In this document: positions 1 through 9,683 of the stretch, piece after piece | Position numbering within the stretch: position 1 is the stretch's first letter | Layout of the letters: every line of letters begins with the position of its first letter | From: Phycisphaerae bacterium | Lineage (GTDB): Bacteria; Planctomycetota; Phycisphaerae; UBA1845; Fen-1342 | Assembly (NCBI GenBank): GCA_050115495.1 | Contig: JASFQK010000005.1 | Location: forward strand, 96,001-160,000 | Reading direction: 5' to 3' | DNA length: 64,000 nucleotides | The notes under the pieces: generated by a model | What the model saw: only the letters and a program-made list of their open reading frames with translations | The model's database searches: none | Told to the model about the DNA's origin: nothing | Translations under genes and position numbers: made by a program

Positions 1-158
1 GCCGAAACGAACAGCGCCCGGTAGAGGTCCTCGCGCAGGCGCAAGGCAGCCTCCATGTGCGGGACCGTGCCTTCCCCCCGTTCGAGCTCCATGACGCGGG
101 CGCGCAACCGCTCCAGCTCACGCTCCAGCTCGCCGGAGACTTGCGGTGCATCGCTCAT
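1..158 (-). CDS. N-terminus of probable PAS-domain sensor protein (partial, runs off window)
   Basis: Manual translation from ATG at 158: MSDAPQVSGELERELERLRARVMELERGEGTVPHMEAALRLREDLYRALFVS. Coiled coil plus an 'EAALR..EDLYRALF' linker typical of PAS sensor kinases. Confidence 0.55.
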   Translation of the reverse strand, partial: MSDAPQVSGELERELERLRARVMELERGEGTVPHMEAALRLREDLYRALFVS

Positions 159-238
159 GTCCAAGGTCCCGAAACGCCTGAACGTTGCAGCGTACGAGAT
201 GAGACGGAACCACGCAACGCGCCCCGCGGCCGCACCCC

Positions 239-721
239 TCAATGCCGCAGTTCTGCCGGCACGCGCGGCAACCAGCCCGCTGCCAGCGCCCCCCACAATC
301 CAATCAGAATGGCCTCGGCCGCATCATGACGCAACGCGGTCGCCCGCGGCGCTCCGGACCAGGCAATCACCTGCCGGGCCAGGCGTCCCGCCGTCTCTTT
401 CGCCTGGCGTCCGCCCCGCTGCTCGCGAGGATACAGCAGCACCTGCCGCCATTGCTCGGCGCTCACGCGCCACACGCCGATCTGCCGCCGCTGGGCCTCG
501 TGTGCCCAGATCTCCGCCAGCGGTCCGCCCCCCTCCACAACCAACCGAACCAGCCCCGGAAACTCGTCCAGTAACTGCCGCGCAGCCCGGCGCAGGCGTA
601 CGCTGTTGCCGAAGTTCCGCGAGCGGTAGGCGCGCAGCCGCCCGTCCTGGCCGTACCAGGCCAGACCCGTGCGCAACCCCACATCAACGGCCAGCAACAC
701 GTGGATCTCCGGAGCGTCCAC
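239..721 (-). CDS. RuvC/RNase H-like fold protein
   Basis: LLAVDVGLRTGLAW, LVVEG and HDAAEAILIG resemble the three RuvC acidic motifs. Confidence 0.55.
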   Translation of the reverse strand: MDAPEIHVLLAVDVGLRTGLAWYGQDGRLRAYRSRNFGNSVRLRRAARQLLDEFPGLVRLVVEGGGPLAEIWAHEAQRRQIGVWRVSAEQWRQVLLYPREQRGGRQAKETAGRLARQVIAWSGAPRATALRHDAAEAILIGLWGALAAGWLPRVPAELRH

Positions 722-746
722 CCGCCGGCGGACGCCATATCATAGC

Positions 747-2015
747 CTATTCGTGCCGGAGAGCGTCGATTGGGTGGATAATGGCCGCTTTGAAGGCCGG
801 AATGATGCCGAAGAAGATGCCCACCGCAGCGCTGAAGCCCAGAGCCAGGGCCACCGACCAGGCGGGGACTTTCGATTCGACCATATTGGGGTGCAGCGTG
901 GCCACGTGGATAACCGCGTAGCCCAGGGTGATGCCGATCGCTCCGCCGACCGTGCTGAGTACGACGGCCTCGGTCAGGAATTGCAGCAGGATGTCGCGCC
1001 GCCGGGCACCGACGCTTTTGCGCAGGCCGATCTCGCGTGTCCGCTCCGTCACCGACACCAACATCACGTTCATGATGCCGATGCCGCCCACCAGCAGCGA
1101 AATGCTCACGATGCCGGCCAGCACGCTGGTGGCGATGATCCGCACCGTGTGAAACTCATTGAGAATCTCGTCCTGCTTGAACACGCCGAAGTCGTTGCGG
1201 TCGCCCGCCTTCAGGCCGTGCCGCTGTCGCAGGATGCGGGCGATCTGATGCTCGGCCTCCGGGATCTGTGGTTCGCTCATGGCCTCGACGTAGAAGGCCA
1301 GGTAATCCCGCCGCTCCGGGTACATCTTCAGCCCGGTCGTCCAGGGGATGATGATCATCTCGTCCTGGTTCTCGCCCATGAAGCTGCCCTTCGATTCGAG
1401 CAGCCCGACGACCTGGAAGCGCTGGCTGTCGATGTGCACGAAGTCGCTCACGATGCTCTCGTCGCATTCGAGCTTGCGCAGTACCTCGCGACCTAGCACG
1501 CACACCGGCGACCCGCTCTCCACGTCCACCGCCCCGAAGAACCGCCCGGTGTCCACGTAAAAGTTGCGGATCGGTTGGAAGAACTCGCTCGTCGCCCGCA
1601 GATCCACACCGGTAAGCTGTTGCCGACCGTATTCGATGGTTGCCCGGGAAAAGACCAGCGGCGCCGTCCGCCGGACAGCCGATGCCCCAGCTTCCACCGC
1701 CTGGATGTCCTCGATGGTCAACTCCGCCGGCTTCAGGTACTCGCCGCGCGGGCCGCGCACCCACTCGGGGTATACGACCATCATGTTCGTGCCCAGCCCG
1801 CGCAGAAACGACGTCACGTACTCGCCGAACCCCTCCACCATCGACACCACCGTGATGATCGAGGTCACCGCGATGATGATCCCCAGCACCGTCAGCAGTG
1901 AGCGGGCCTTGTTCGCCCAGATCTGCACGAAGGCCGTGGCGACGTTCCGGCCGATCGACAGCATCATGCCGATGAGGAGACGCGGTCCGATGATCGGCAG
2001 CCGCAGCAGGATCAT
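747..2015 (-). CDS. ABC transporter permease (MacB/FtsX family)
   Basis: RSLLTVLGIIIAV, ISLLVGGIGIMNVMLVSVTERTREIGLRKSVGA, PIDALRHE. Confidence 0.93.
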   Translation of the reverse strand: MILLRLPIIGPRLLIGMMLSIGRNVATAFVQIWANKARSLLTVLGIIIAVTSIITVVSMVEGFGEYVTSFLRGLGTNMMVVYPEWVRGPRGEYLKPAELTIEDIQAVEAGASAVRRTAPLVFSRATIEYGRQQLTGVDLRATSEFFQPIRNFYVDTGRFFGAVDVESGSPVCVLGREVLRKLECDESIVSDFVHIDSQRFQVVGLLESKGSFMGENQDEMIIIPWTTGLKMYPERRDYLAFYVEAMSEPQIPEAEHQIARILRQRHGLKAGDRNDFGVFKQDEILNEFHTVRIIATSVLAGIVSISLLVGGIGIMNVMLVSVTERTREIGLRKSVGARRRDILLQFLTEAVVLSTVGGAIGITLGYAVIHVATLHPNMVESKVPAWSVALALGFSAAVGIFFGIIPAFKAAIIHPIDALRHE

Positions 2016-2773
2016 GGGGCCTCCGCTGCACTGGGGGCCGCGGAGCCCGAGTCAGGTTCCGCCCGGTCCGGCTCACCCGTATCCGTCACGATCTGTCCGT
2101 CGCGCAGCTTGATGGTGCGCGTGCAGCGTTGGGCGATGTCCTCTTCGTGGGTGACGATGATGATGGTCTGCCCGTCGGCGTGCAGGCGATCGAAGACGGC
2201 CATGATCTCGTCGCCGGTGACGCTGTCGAGGTTGCCGGTGGGTTCGTCGGCGAGAATGATCGCCGGCTGCTGGGCGAGGGCCCGGGCGATGGCCACGCGC
2301 TGCTTCTGTCCGCCGGAAAGCTGGTTGGGGCGATGGTGGGCCCGGTCGAGCAGACCGACGCGTTCGAGCGCCTCCATCGCCCGCTGTCGCCGATGGCGGG
2401 CGCGGGTGTAGCTCAGCGGCAGCTCAACGTTCTTGAGGGCGGTCGTCCGCGGCAGCAGCTCGAACGACTGGAAAACGAAGCCGATCTGCCGGCCGCGAAT
2501 GCCGGCCAGCTTCGTCTGCGACAGGCGGGAGACGTCCTGGCCGCGTAGCCGGTACTCGCCGCTGGTAGGCACGTCGAGGCAGCCGAGGATGTTCAGCATG
2601 GTGCTCTTGCCGCTGCCCGAAGCGCCCATGATGGCGACGTACTCGTTCTCGTAGATCGACATGGTCGTTCCGCGCAGGGCGTGGACGAGCTCGGTGCCGA
2701 CGCGATAGGTCTTGTGCAGGTCGATGAGCTCAATCACCGGCGACGGATTGTCCGAGCGGCGCGGGGCGATCAT
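2012..2773 (-). CDS. ABC transporter ATP-binding protein (LolD/MacB-like)
   Basis: Walker A GASGSGKS, LSGGQKQR, ILADEPTGNLD. 4-nt overlaps with both neighbours. Confidence 0.95.
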   Translation of the reverse strand: MIAPRRSDNPSPVIELIDLHKTYRVGTELVHALRGTTMSIYENEYVAIMGASGSGKSTMLNILGCLDVPTSGEYRLRGQDVSRLSQTKLAGIRGRQIGFVFQSFELLPRTTALKNVELPLSYTRARHRRQRAMEALERVGLLDRAHHRPNQLSGGQKQRVAIARALAQQPAIILADEPTGNLDSVTGDEIMAVFDRLHADGQTIIIVTHEEDIAQRCTRTIKLRDGQIVTDTGEPDRAEPDSGSAAPSAAEAP

Positions 2774-4140
2774 GACCGGCTGTCCTCATCGGCGGCGGCT
2801 GGCTGCGTGGTCGTTGGCGCGGTGGTCGGGGCCGACGTCGGTGCAGATGTGGGCGACTCTGCCGCCGCGCCTTCGCCCGGCTTCTTGGCCTTCACCGGCG
2901 AGCCTTCCTTGAGCTGGTCGAGACTGCGATAGGGTCCGGTAATGACCTCATCCCCCGCCGACAGGCCGGCGACGATCTCCACGCCGGTGGCGTCGTTGAT
3001 GCCCGTTTCGACAAAGTGCGGGCGGGCCTTGCCGTCCTCAATGCAGAACACCACCTTGACGTACTCGGCCTGGCTCTGCCGCGTACCGGTTCCGTCGGCC
3101 TGGTGATAGGCGTCGTAGGCCTGGACGATCTCCGCGGGCAGGTCGGCCCGTTTGCGGTACACCACCGTCTCGACGGGAATGACGAGAGCCTGCTCGCGGC
3201 GAGCGACCTCGATCTCGATGTTCGCGGACATGCCCGGCTTGACCCGCTGATCCTGTCCGGTGATCAACACGAGCGTCTCGAACGTGACCACGTCGCGGCC
3301 GACCGGCTTGGTGCCCTTGGTGCCCACGCGCAGCACCTCGCCGGGAATGCTCCGCCGCGTGTCCGACTGGAGGTAGATGCGAGCCGTCTGCCCCGGTGCC
3401 ACCAGCGGGGCGTCCGCCTCGTCCACGCGGCAGCGGACCTGCATCTTCGACAGGTCGCTGATGACCATGATCCGCGTGCCGGGGTTGTTCATCGTACCGG
3501 TGATGACGACCTCGCCCGGCTCGGCGAAACGCTGCGAAACGACGCCGGTGAGCGGCGCGGTGATCACCGTCTTGGCCAGGTCCTCGCGGGCCGATTCGCG
3601 CAGGGCTTCGGCCTCGATCAGCTCCTGCTTGCGAATTTCGAGCAGGGCGCCGGCCTTGATCAGCGCCGTGCGGTAGTTGGCCAGCTCCATCGCCGACGTG
3701 GCGTGCGTCTCGCGAAGCTGCTGCTGCTGTTCCCAGTCGCGCTGCGCCTTCTCCAGATCGGCCTCGGCCTGCACGATGACCGCCTGCAGCTTGGCCACGT
3801 TCGCTTCGGCCTGGAGCACGCGGGCGCGGTAGTCGGCGTCGTCCAGCCGACAGACCAGGTCGCCCTGCTGCACGCAGTCACCTTCCTCCAGCGGCAGTTC
3901 GATGATCTTCGAGACGAGCTCGGAGCTGATGTCCACCTCGTCAAAGGCCTCGACCTCGCCGGGGGCCTGCACCGTGCGGAAGATCTCGCGCAGTTCCGGC
4001 CGGGTCGCCTCGACCTCGATCTCAAGCTCGCGGGCCACGTGCAGCAGGCTCTGCCCGTCCTCCGAGCGGACGACGCTGTTCAACACGCACAGGCCGCCCA
4101 CGATCACGCCCAGCGCGACGATGACAGCTACGGTCTTCAT
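2770..4140 (-). CDS. Efflux membrane fusion/periplasmic adaptor subunit (HlyD/MacA family)
   Basis: N-terminal TM, EEGDCVQQGDLVCRLD lipoyl-like motif, coiled coil, ITAPLTGVV, VKPGMSANIEI. Start chosen at ATG 4140 after GGAG. Confidence 0.9.
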   Translation of the reverse strand: MKTVAVIVALGVIVGGLCVLNSVVRSEDGQSLLHVARELEIEVEATRPELREIFRTVQAPGEVEAFDEVDISSELVSKIIELPLEEGDCVQQGDLVCRLDDADYRARVLQAEANVAKLQAVIVQAEADLEKAQRDWEQQQQLRETHATSAMELANYRTALIKAGALLEIRKQELIEAEALRESAREDLAKTVITAPLTGVVSQRFAEPGEVVITGTMNNPGTRIMVISDLSKMQVRCRVDEADAPLVAPGQTARIYLQSDTRRSIPGEVLRVGTKGTKPVGRDVVTFETLVLITGQDQRVKPGMSANIEIEVARREQALVIPVETVVYRKRADLPAEIVQAYDAYHQADGTGTRQSQAEYVKVVFCIEDGKARPHFVETGINDATGVEIVAGLSAGDEVITGPYRSLDQLKEGSPVKAKKPGEGAAAESPTSAPTSAPTTAPTTTQPAAADEDSRS

Positions 4141-4203
4141 GTCCTGCTCCACCAACGGCCGCCACCGGCTCCGGCGGGCTCAGCCCCGCCGACCGCCGGC
4201 AAC

Positions 4204-5013
4204 TCAGTTCGTCCCAACCCCGGCACCGGCGGTCACCGCCGCCGACGCCACCAGCAGCCCCATACGGACGCCGGACGCCACCAGGAAACACAATGTGCAC
4301 ACGACCCACGCCCGCCAGCCACGGAGCTGCGCCGTCGTCTTCAGCCCGATCACCACGAGCAGCCAGAACCACAGCCGAAACGGATCCACCGCCGCCAGCG
4401 ACCCGTAGATGGTCGCCACCGTGGTCGGCGAGGCCTGCGCGGGATCAACGAGATATCGAGTCAGCGGGGCGAGCGACGTGTACACCTCGAGCGTTGCGAA
4501 ATGCAGCATCAGCCCCAGTGTCAACAACAGCCGCATCACGTCCGCGAACGACGCCAGCACGCAGATGGTCAGCAACGTATGCCATTCCGGCTTGTGCCCG
4601 GTCAGGGCCACCGCCCCGTACAGCACCGCGGCGATCAGCAGCACCGAGGCCAGCGCCGTCGCCGGCTCGGCCCCGATCACCCGCATCCGCGCCAGCAGCT
4701 TCTTGAACTCCCCCATCTTGCGCTCCTGCGCGTACAGCTCACGCAGTTCCGAGCGCTCGGTCACGTCACGCTGCACGGCGTCGATCTGGGCGATGCTGGC
4801 CCGCACGCCGCGCTCCACCTCGCGGTCGATCAACCCGGTCTGCACCGTGGCGTAGCCGATCAGCGTCACCGTCGTCAGCAGGATCACCAGCGGCCAGCCC
4901 CAGGCCGGCACATCCTCGACGCGGGCGAACACCCGGCGCGGCGACAGGATCACCAGCGGGATATCCCGCAACCCGACCGTTCTGCGTCGCGTTGTGCTCA
5001 ACTGCGCCGACAA
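4204..5013 (-). CDS. YIP1 family membrane protein
   Basis: VILSPRRVFARV motif, ~5 TM segments, DPFRLW. First gene of the exporter operon. Confidence 0.75.
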   Translation of the reverse strand: MSAQLSTTRRRTVGLRDIPLVILSPRRVFARVEDVPAWGWPLVILLTTVTLIGYATVQTGLIDREVERGVRASIAQIDAVQRDVTERSELRELYAQERKMGEFKKLLARMRVIGAEPATALASVLLIAAVLYGAVALTGHKPEWHTLLTICVLASFADVMRLLLTLGLMLHFATLEVYTSLAPLTRYLVDPAQASPTTVATIYGSLAAVDPFRLWFWLLVVIGLKTTAQLRGWRAWVVCTLCFLVASGVRMGLLVASAAVTAGAGVGTN

Positions 5014-5193
5014 TGGATGGCTCGCTCAAGACACGCCGAGGCGTTCGACCTGCTGCAAGGCAGGAGGCGATTGCTTCCCACGGGCTGCCGAGACCGCCCG
5101 CATTATATGTCGCATCGCAACAGGTACCGTGGTATTCGTTCAACCCCCCACAACATTCCGCGACGGCCGACAAGTTCTGACAGCGTGCTCGCG

Positions 5194-5826
5194 CTACGCT
5201 CGCGTGTCCGGCAGCATCGTCCGCCGAATGTACTGGCTGTAGATCGCGCCGACCGGGTTATGGGCCAGCACGCGGTCTTTGGCGATGAGTGTCGTCACCG
5301 GCGCCGCCGAGACCATGCCGAAGATCGCGTCGTGCCCCACGCACAGCCCGCACAGGACGTTCAGCTCGGTGCCCGCCTCGTTGAGCAGCGTCGCCTGACC
5401 GGCGGGGTTGCACATCACCTCCGGGTCCTTCTCCGGCAGGATCTGCTCGAGCCCCAGCACGTCCTTCGGAATGCCGCACGCCTTGCAGCACACCGAAACC
5501 ACGTCGAACTCCGTCCCCAGGATCTCGGCCACCACCGCCGCCTCGTCGGCCAACCCGACGCAGAACGCCAGCCCCAGCCGCCGCAACCCCAGCTCCCGTG
5601 CCAGCAGGATCACCTCGCGCAGCCGCGGCTCCCGGCAGTAGTGCCGGGCCTCGATCGCCGACGCCGCCCGGTGCAGCTTCGCCAGCAGCGGATCGCCGTA
5701 CAGGGCCTGCTGCGCCTCGGCCGCCCCGAAGCAGTCCTGCCCGCCGCGGCACTCTTTGCTCCCGCAAGCCGCACATCGCGGCCCCGCACCGGACTTCTTC
5801 GCTCCGCGTTCGCTCGCCTGGCTCAT
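5194..5826 (-). CDS. DUF1847 family Cys-rich metal-binding protein
   Basis: CAACGSKEC, RLGLAFCVGL, SVCCKACG, MCNPAGQA, GLCVGHD, KDRVLAHNP. Start at ATG 5826. Confidence 0.85.
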   Translation of the reverse strand: MSQASERGAKKSGAGPRCAACGSKECRGGQDCFGAAEAQQALYGDPLLAKLHRAASAIEARHYCREPRLREVILLARELGLRRLGLAFCVGLADEAAVVAEILGTEFDVVSVCCKACGIPKDVLGLEQILPEKDPEVMCNPAGQATLLNEAGTELNVLCGLCVGHDAIFGMVSAAPVTTLIAKDRVLAHNPVGAIYSQYIRRTMLPDTRA

Positions 5827-5922
5827 GACGTCTCCGTAAACACCACCCGCGATACCACGTCTGCGCCGCATTCTACCGTCTTCGCGCTGCCATCGTGGCC
5901 GCGGCCCGCCGGACGTCCTACA

Positions 5923-7293
5923 ATGCCTACCGAGATGCCCGACAGGAAGCGTCAACCCGGCCTCAGCCCGGATCACCTGGCCGCCATCCTTGACTCGGTC
6001 GCCGACGGCGTCTTCACCGTCGACCCCGACTTCGTCATCACCAGCTTCAATCGCGCCGCCGAGCGGATCACGGGCTTCACCGCCGAGGAGGCAGTTGGCC
6101 AGCATTGCTACAACGTCTTCCGCACGAACATCTGCCAGTCCGGCTGCCTACTGGACCAGTCGATCCGCACGAGCGAGCCGATCAGCGGTCTCGAGCTGAC
6201 CATCCTCAACCGCGACAACCGCGAGGTGCCAATCAGCGTCTCCACCGCCGTACTGCGCGACCGCGACGGGCGGGTCATCGGCGGTGTCGAGACCTTCCGC
6301 GACCTCTCCGCCGTCCAGGAGCTCCGTCGCGACATCGGCCAGCGCTACCGCCTGCACGACCTGGTCAGCAAGAACCACCGCATGCAGGACATCTTCGCCA
6401 TCGTGCCGGATGTGGCCCGCAGTGCGGCGGTCGTGCTGCTGCTGGGCGAAACCGGTACGGGTAAGGAGCTTCTGGCCCGGGCCATCCACCAGGAGAGCAC
6501 CCGCGCCGACGGCCCGTTCATTAAGGTCAACTGCGGCGCCCTGCCCGATACGCTGCTCGAATCCGAGCTCTTCGGCCACGTCGCCGGCGCGTTCACCGAC
6601 GCCCGCGCCGACCGCCCCGGCCGCTTCGAGCTCGCCGCCGGCGGGACGCTGTTCCTCGACGAGATCGGCGACACGTCGCCGGCCTTGCAGGTCAAACTGC
6701 TGCGGGTGCTTCAGGATGGGCAGTTCGAGCCAGTCGGCGCCAGTCAGACGCACACGAGCGACGCCCGCGTGGTCGCCGCCACGCACCGCGATCTCCAGGC
6801 GCTCGTGGCGGAGGGCCGCTTCCGCGCCGACCTTTACTACCGCATCAACACGATCCCGCTGACGCTGCCGCCGCTGCGCGATCGCTGGGAGGACATCCCC
6901 CTCCTGATCGAGCACTTCATCGAGCGTTTCAACCACCTCACCGGCAAGGAGGTTCACGGCGTTTCCGCGGACGCCCTGCGGCATCTGCTCGCCCACGACT
7001 GGCCCGGCAACGTGCGCGAGCTCGAACACGCCATCGAGCATGCGTTCGTGCTGGTCAAAGGCCCGACGATCGACACCGCTAATCTGCCTGAGTCTGCGCT
7101 GAACGGCGCCAGTCGGCCGCAATCTGCGCCGACCCCACCGGCCCGGGCGGGCAGCCTCGCCGACTCCGAGCGACAGGCTCTCCTGTCCGCGTTGGAGCGG
7201 AACCGATGGAACAAGCTCGCCGTCGCCCGCGAGCTGGGCGTCAGCCGGACGACGCTCTGGCGCAAGCTCCGCAAGCACGGCATCGTCGACTGA
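5923..7293 (+). CDS. PAS-domain sigma54-dependent transcriptional activator (OrpR-like)
   Basis: PAS with [14 protein letters not shown] (CX8CX3C), [37 protein letters not shown], Fis-type HTH. True start 5923, not 3016. Confidence 0.93.
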   Translation: MPTEMPDRKRQPGLSPDHLAAILDSVADGVFTVDPDFVITSFNRAAERITGFTAEEAVGQHCYNVFRTNICQSGCLLDQSIRTSEPISGLELTILNRDNREVPISVSTAVLRDRDGRVIGGVETFRDLSAVQELRRDIGQRYRLHDLVSKNHRMQDIFAIVPDVARSAAVVLLLGETGTGKELLARAIHQESTRADGPFIKVNCGALPDTLLESELFGHVAGAFTDARADRPGRFELAAGGTLFLDEIGDTSPALQVKLLRVLQDGQFEPVGASQTHTSDARVVAATHRDLQALVAEGRFRADLYYRINTIPLTLPPLRDRWEDIPLLIEHFIERFNHLTGKEVHGVSADALRHLLAHDWPGNVRELEHAIEHAFVLVKGPTIDTANLPESALNGASRPQSAPTPPARAGSLADSERQALLSALERNRWNKLAVARELGVSRTTLWRKLRKHGIVD

Positions 7294-7294
7294 T

Positions 7295-7403
7295 TGTTGC
7301 TAATATGAAACATTCAGTTGCATAACAGGTGAAACATTGATATCATATTGTTAATAAGATGGTTATGTTCAGACTTGTGTATGTGTGTTTCATAATAGAA
7401 ACA
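7295..7403. promoter_or_regulatory. Putative enhancer sites for the sigma54 activator (TGTTKC-N6-GAAACA)
   Basis: TGTTGC-TAATAT-GAAACA (7295-7312), degenerate TGCATA-ACAGGT-GAAACA (7319-7336), and TGTTTC-ATAATA-GAAACA with perfectly inverted arms (7386-7403), all in an AT-rich island. Confidence 0.65.
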
Positions 7404-7481
7404 TCATGTCCACATCAGCTCATTCAGTACTCCGTGACGTAAATGCTTTTCTTTAAACATCTTAGGATCCAGAGCTGCGTC

Positions 7482-7497
7482 CGGCACGCCACGTGTA
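7482..7497 (+). promoter_or_regulatory. Putative sigma54 -24/-12 promoter
   Basis: CGGCACG-CCAC-GTGTA versus consensus TGGCACG-N4-TTGCW (GG-N10-GT instead of GC), 25 nt upstream of the first ATG. IHF-like AT tract at 7440-7464. Confidence 0.55.
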
Positions 7498-7522
7498 ACC
7501 GTCATCGCCAGCAAGGTGCCCC

Positions 7523-7942
7523 ATGAAAGTGGCTGTTCCGTTGTTCAACCAGGAAGTCTCGCCCCGCTTCGGCTGCTCCAGCCATGTGCTCATCGCCGAC
7601 GTCGAGTCGGCGGGCGTGCAGGCCGAACGGGTCGAGGACCTCAGCCATCTGCCCCCGTGGCAGTGGGCGTCGTACCTGGCTCAGCAGGGCGTCACGACCG
7701 TCATTTGTGGCGGGATCCACCAACGATTCCAGGAGGCGTTCGCCGCCGCCGGCATCGAGGTGATCTGGGGTGTCATCGGGCCGGCGGCAGACGCCCTCGC
7801 CGCCCTGCGCCAGGGCACGCTTCAGCCCAACCAGTTCGTCTGTCCCGGCCGCCACGGGCGGCGCGGACACGGACGCGGGGCCGGGCGGGGCCGTGGACGG
7901 GGAGCGGGACGTCGGCCGCCGACAAGTGGACCTGTTACGTGA
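7523..7942 (+). CDS. NifB/NifX family (dinitrogenase FeMo-co-type) protein
   Basis: MKVAVP..VSPRFGCS..VICGGI..GIEVIWGVIG, with a Gly/Arg-rich tail. Confidence 0.85.
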   Translation: MKVAVPLFNQEVSPRFGCSSHVLIADVESAGVQAERVEDLSHLPPWQWASYLAQQGVTTVICGGIHQRFQEAFAAAGIEVIWGVIGPAADALAALRQGTLQPNQFVCPGRHGRRGHGRGAGRGRGRGAGRRPPTSGPVT

Positions 7943-7987
7943 TTGCGGCCGGGCGAGCGGCCGCGTCGAAGCGAAGGAGGTATGAAC

Positions 7988-8359
7988 ATGCCTGCTGGTG
8001 ATGGAACTGGACCGATGGGCGCTGGACCGATGACCGGTCGCGCCGCTGGGTATTGCGCTGGTTTCCCCTATCCCGGTTATGCGAATCCGATGCCCGGGCG
8101 TGGCGGAGGCTTTGGTCGGGGACGGGGGATGGGTCGCGGCATGGGCCGTGGATTCGGTCGCGGCTGGGGCCGCGGCTACGGGATGGGCGGCTTCCCGCAA
8201 TGGCCGGCCGTACCGATGACGCCACCGGTCTACGCCGCTCCGCCCTCCGCGGAGCAGGAAGCCGACATGCTGAAGGCTCAGGCACAACACCTCGAGCGCA
8301 GCCTCGCCGACATCCGCGCCCGCCTGGCTACCCTCGAATCCACGAAGGAAGGGACCTAG
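7988..8359 (+). CDS. DUF5320 family protein
   Basis: MPAGDGTGPMGAGPMTGRAAGYCAG, GRG repeats, C-terminal coiled coil. GGAGG RBS at 7976-7980. Confidence 0.85.
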   Translation: MPAGDGTGPMGAGPMTGRAAGYCAGFPYPGYANPMPGRGGGFGRGRGMGRGMGRGFGRGWGRGYGMGGFPQWPAVPMTPPVYAAPPSAEQEADMLKAQAQHLERSLADIRARLATLESTKEGT

Positions 8360-8361
8360 GC

Positions 8362-8745
8362 ATGCCGCGCGGTATGGGCCGAGGAATGGGCGGAGGGGGC
8401 GGCGGTGGCCGTGGACGTGGAGGTGGTGGCGGCGGCGGTGGTGGTCGCGCCGCCGGCCGTGGCCGCCGCATGGGTGGTGGCCGCGGATTCGGAGCCGGTC
8501 GGGGCATGGGCTGCACGAGCTCGACGCCCCCGGCGCCCACGAACGCCGCGCCGGTGACAACCGACGTCCGTCGGCACGCCGTCGTGGACGGCGACCGCTG
8601 CAATCTGTGCGGCGCTTGCGAAGCCGTCTGCCCGTTCGAAGCCGTCAATCTCGGCGGTGACTTCGCCGTCGTGAATGCCGATCTGTGTCGCGGCTGTGGG
8701 GCCTGCGTGAGTGCCTGTCCGAACGAGGCCATTCGTCTGACCTGA
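8362..8745 (+). CDS. 2x[4Fe-4S] ferredoxin with Gly/Arg/Met-rich N-terminus
   Basis: CNLCGACEAVCP and CRGCGACVSACP. Confidence 0.88.
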   Translation: MPRGMGRGMGGGGGGGRGRGGGGGGGGGRAAGRGRRMGGGRGFGAGRGMGCTSSTPPAPTNAAPVTTDVRRHAVVDGDRCNLCGACEAVCPFEAVNLGGDFAVVNADLCRGCGACVSACPNEAIRLT

Positions 8746-8774
8746 CGCTGCATCGCAAGGAGCGATTCGCCCTC

Positions 8775-9683
8775 ATGCAGACCTGCCTGGAATGTGTACC
8801 GTGCTTCGTCCGGCAAGCGCTGGATGCCTCGCACCTCGTCTCGAACGATCCGAGCATTCACGAGCGTGTGCTGCGCCAGACGCTGGCGCTGGCTGCGCAG
8901 CTCGACTTCCAGCAGTCGCCGCCCTGGGTGGGTCAGCAGATTCACCACTTCCTCCGCCAGGCTACGGTGTGCGACGACCCCTATCTGCCTGCCAAGCAGC
9001 AGGCGAACCAGTTCGCCCTGGCCCTGCGCCCGATGCTGGCCGAGCGTCTCGCCGAGGCGACCGACCCTTTCGCCCTTGCCACACGCCTGGCCATTGCCGG
9101 CAACATCATCGACCTCGGCTGCAAAACGCGCGTGCGTGACGAGGAGATCCGGCGGGCGGTCGAGGACGCCCTCCGCACGCCGCTCGATCCACAGGCCCTG
9201 GCTCGCTTCCGCGCCGCGGTCGACGCGGCGACGAAGATCCTCTACCTCGCGGACAACGCCGGCGAGATCGTTCTCGACGCGCTGCTCATCGCGAAGCTGC
9301 CGGTCGAACGAGTCACGGTCGCCGTGCGCGGCCGGCCCGTCATCAACGATGCCACGCGCGACGATGCGGCCGCCGCCGGCCTGACGGAGCTGGTGCCGAT
9401 CATCGACAACGGCAGCGACGTGCCGGGAACGATCCTCGCGTCGTGCTCGTCCGAATTCCGCCAGCAGTTCGCCCTGGCCGACCTGATCATCGCCAAAGGC
9501 CAGGGCAACTACGAGACACTGAACGACGTCGACCAGAACATCTGGTTTCTCCTCCAGGCCAAGTGCCCGGTTATCGCCCGGGACATCGGCTGTCCCGTGG
9601 GTCAGGCGGTGCTGTGCACCGGCTCGCGGAACCACACAGCCGGCACGCACTCCGCACTCTCACCGCAAGGAGCCAACGAATGA
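8775..9683 (+). CDS. ARMT1/DUF89 family damage-control phosphatase
   Basis: CLECVPCFVRQAL, LAIAGNIID, YLADNAGEIVLD, IAKGQGNYETL, KCPVIA. Confidence 0.9.
   Translation: MQTCLECVPCFVRQALDASHLVSNDPSIHERVLRQTLALAAQLDFQQSPPWVGQQIHHFLRQATVCDDPYLPAKQQANQFALALRPMLAERLAEATDPFALATRLAIAGNIIDLGCKTRVRDEEIRRAVEDALRTPLDPQALARFRAAVDAATKILYLADNAGEIVLDALLIAKLPVERVTVAVRGRPVINDATRDDAAAAGLTELVPIIDNGSDVPGTILASCSSEFRQQFALADLIIAKGQGNYETLNDVDQNIWFLLQAKCPVIARDIGCPVGQAVLCTGSRNHTAGTHSALSPQGANE

Noticed and set aside
3016..5922. 1425-aa ORF suggesting a giant sigma54 activator fusion
   Set aside because: The upstream part is an antisense shadow of three real minus-strand genes. The real start is at 5923.
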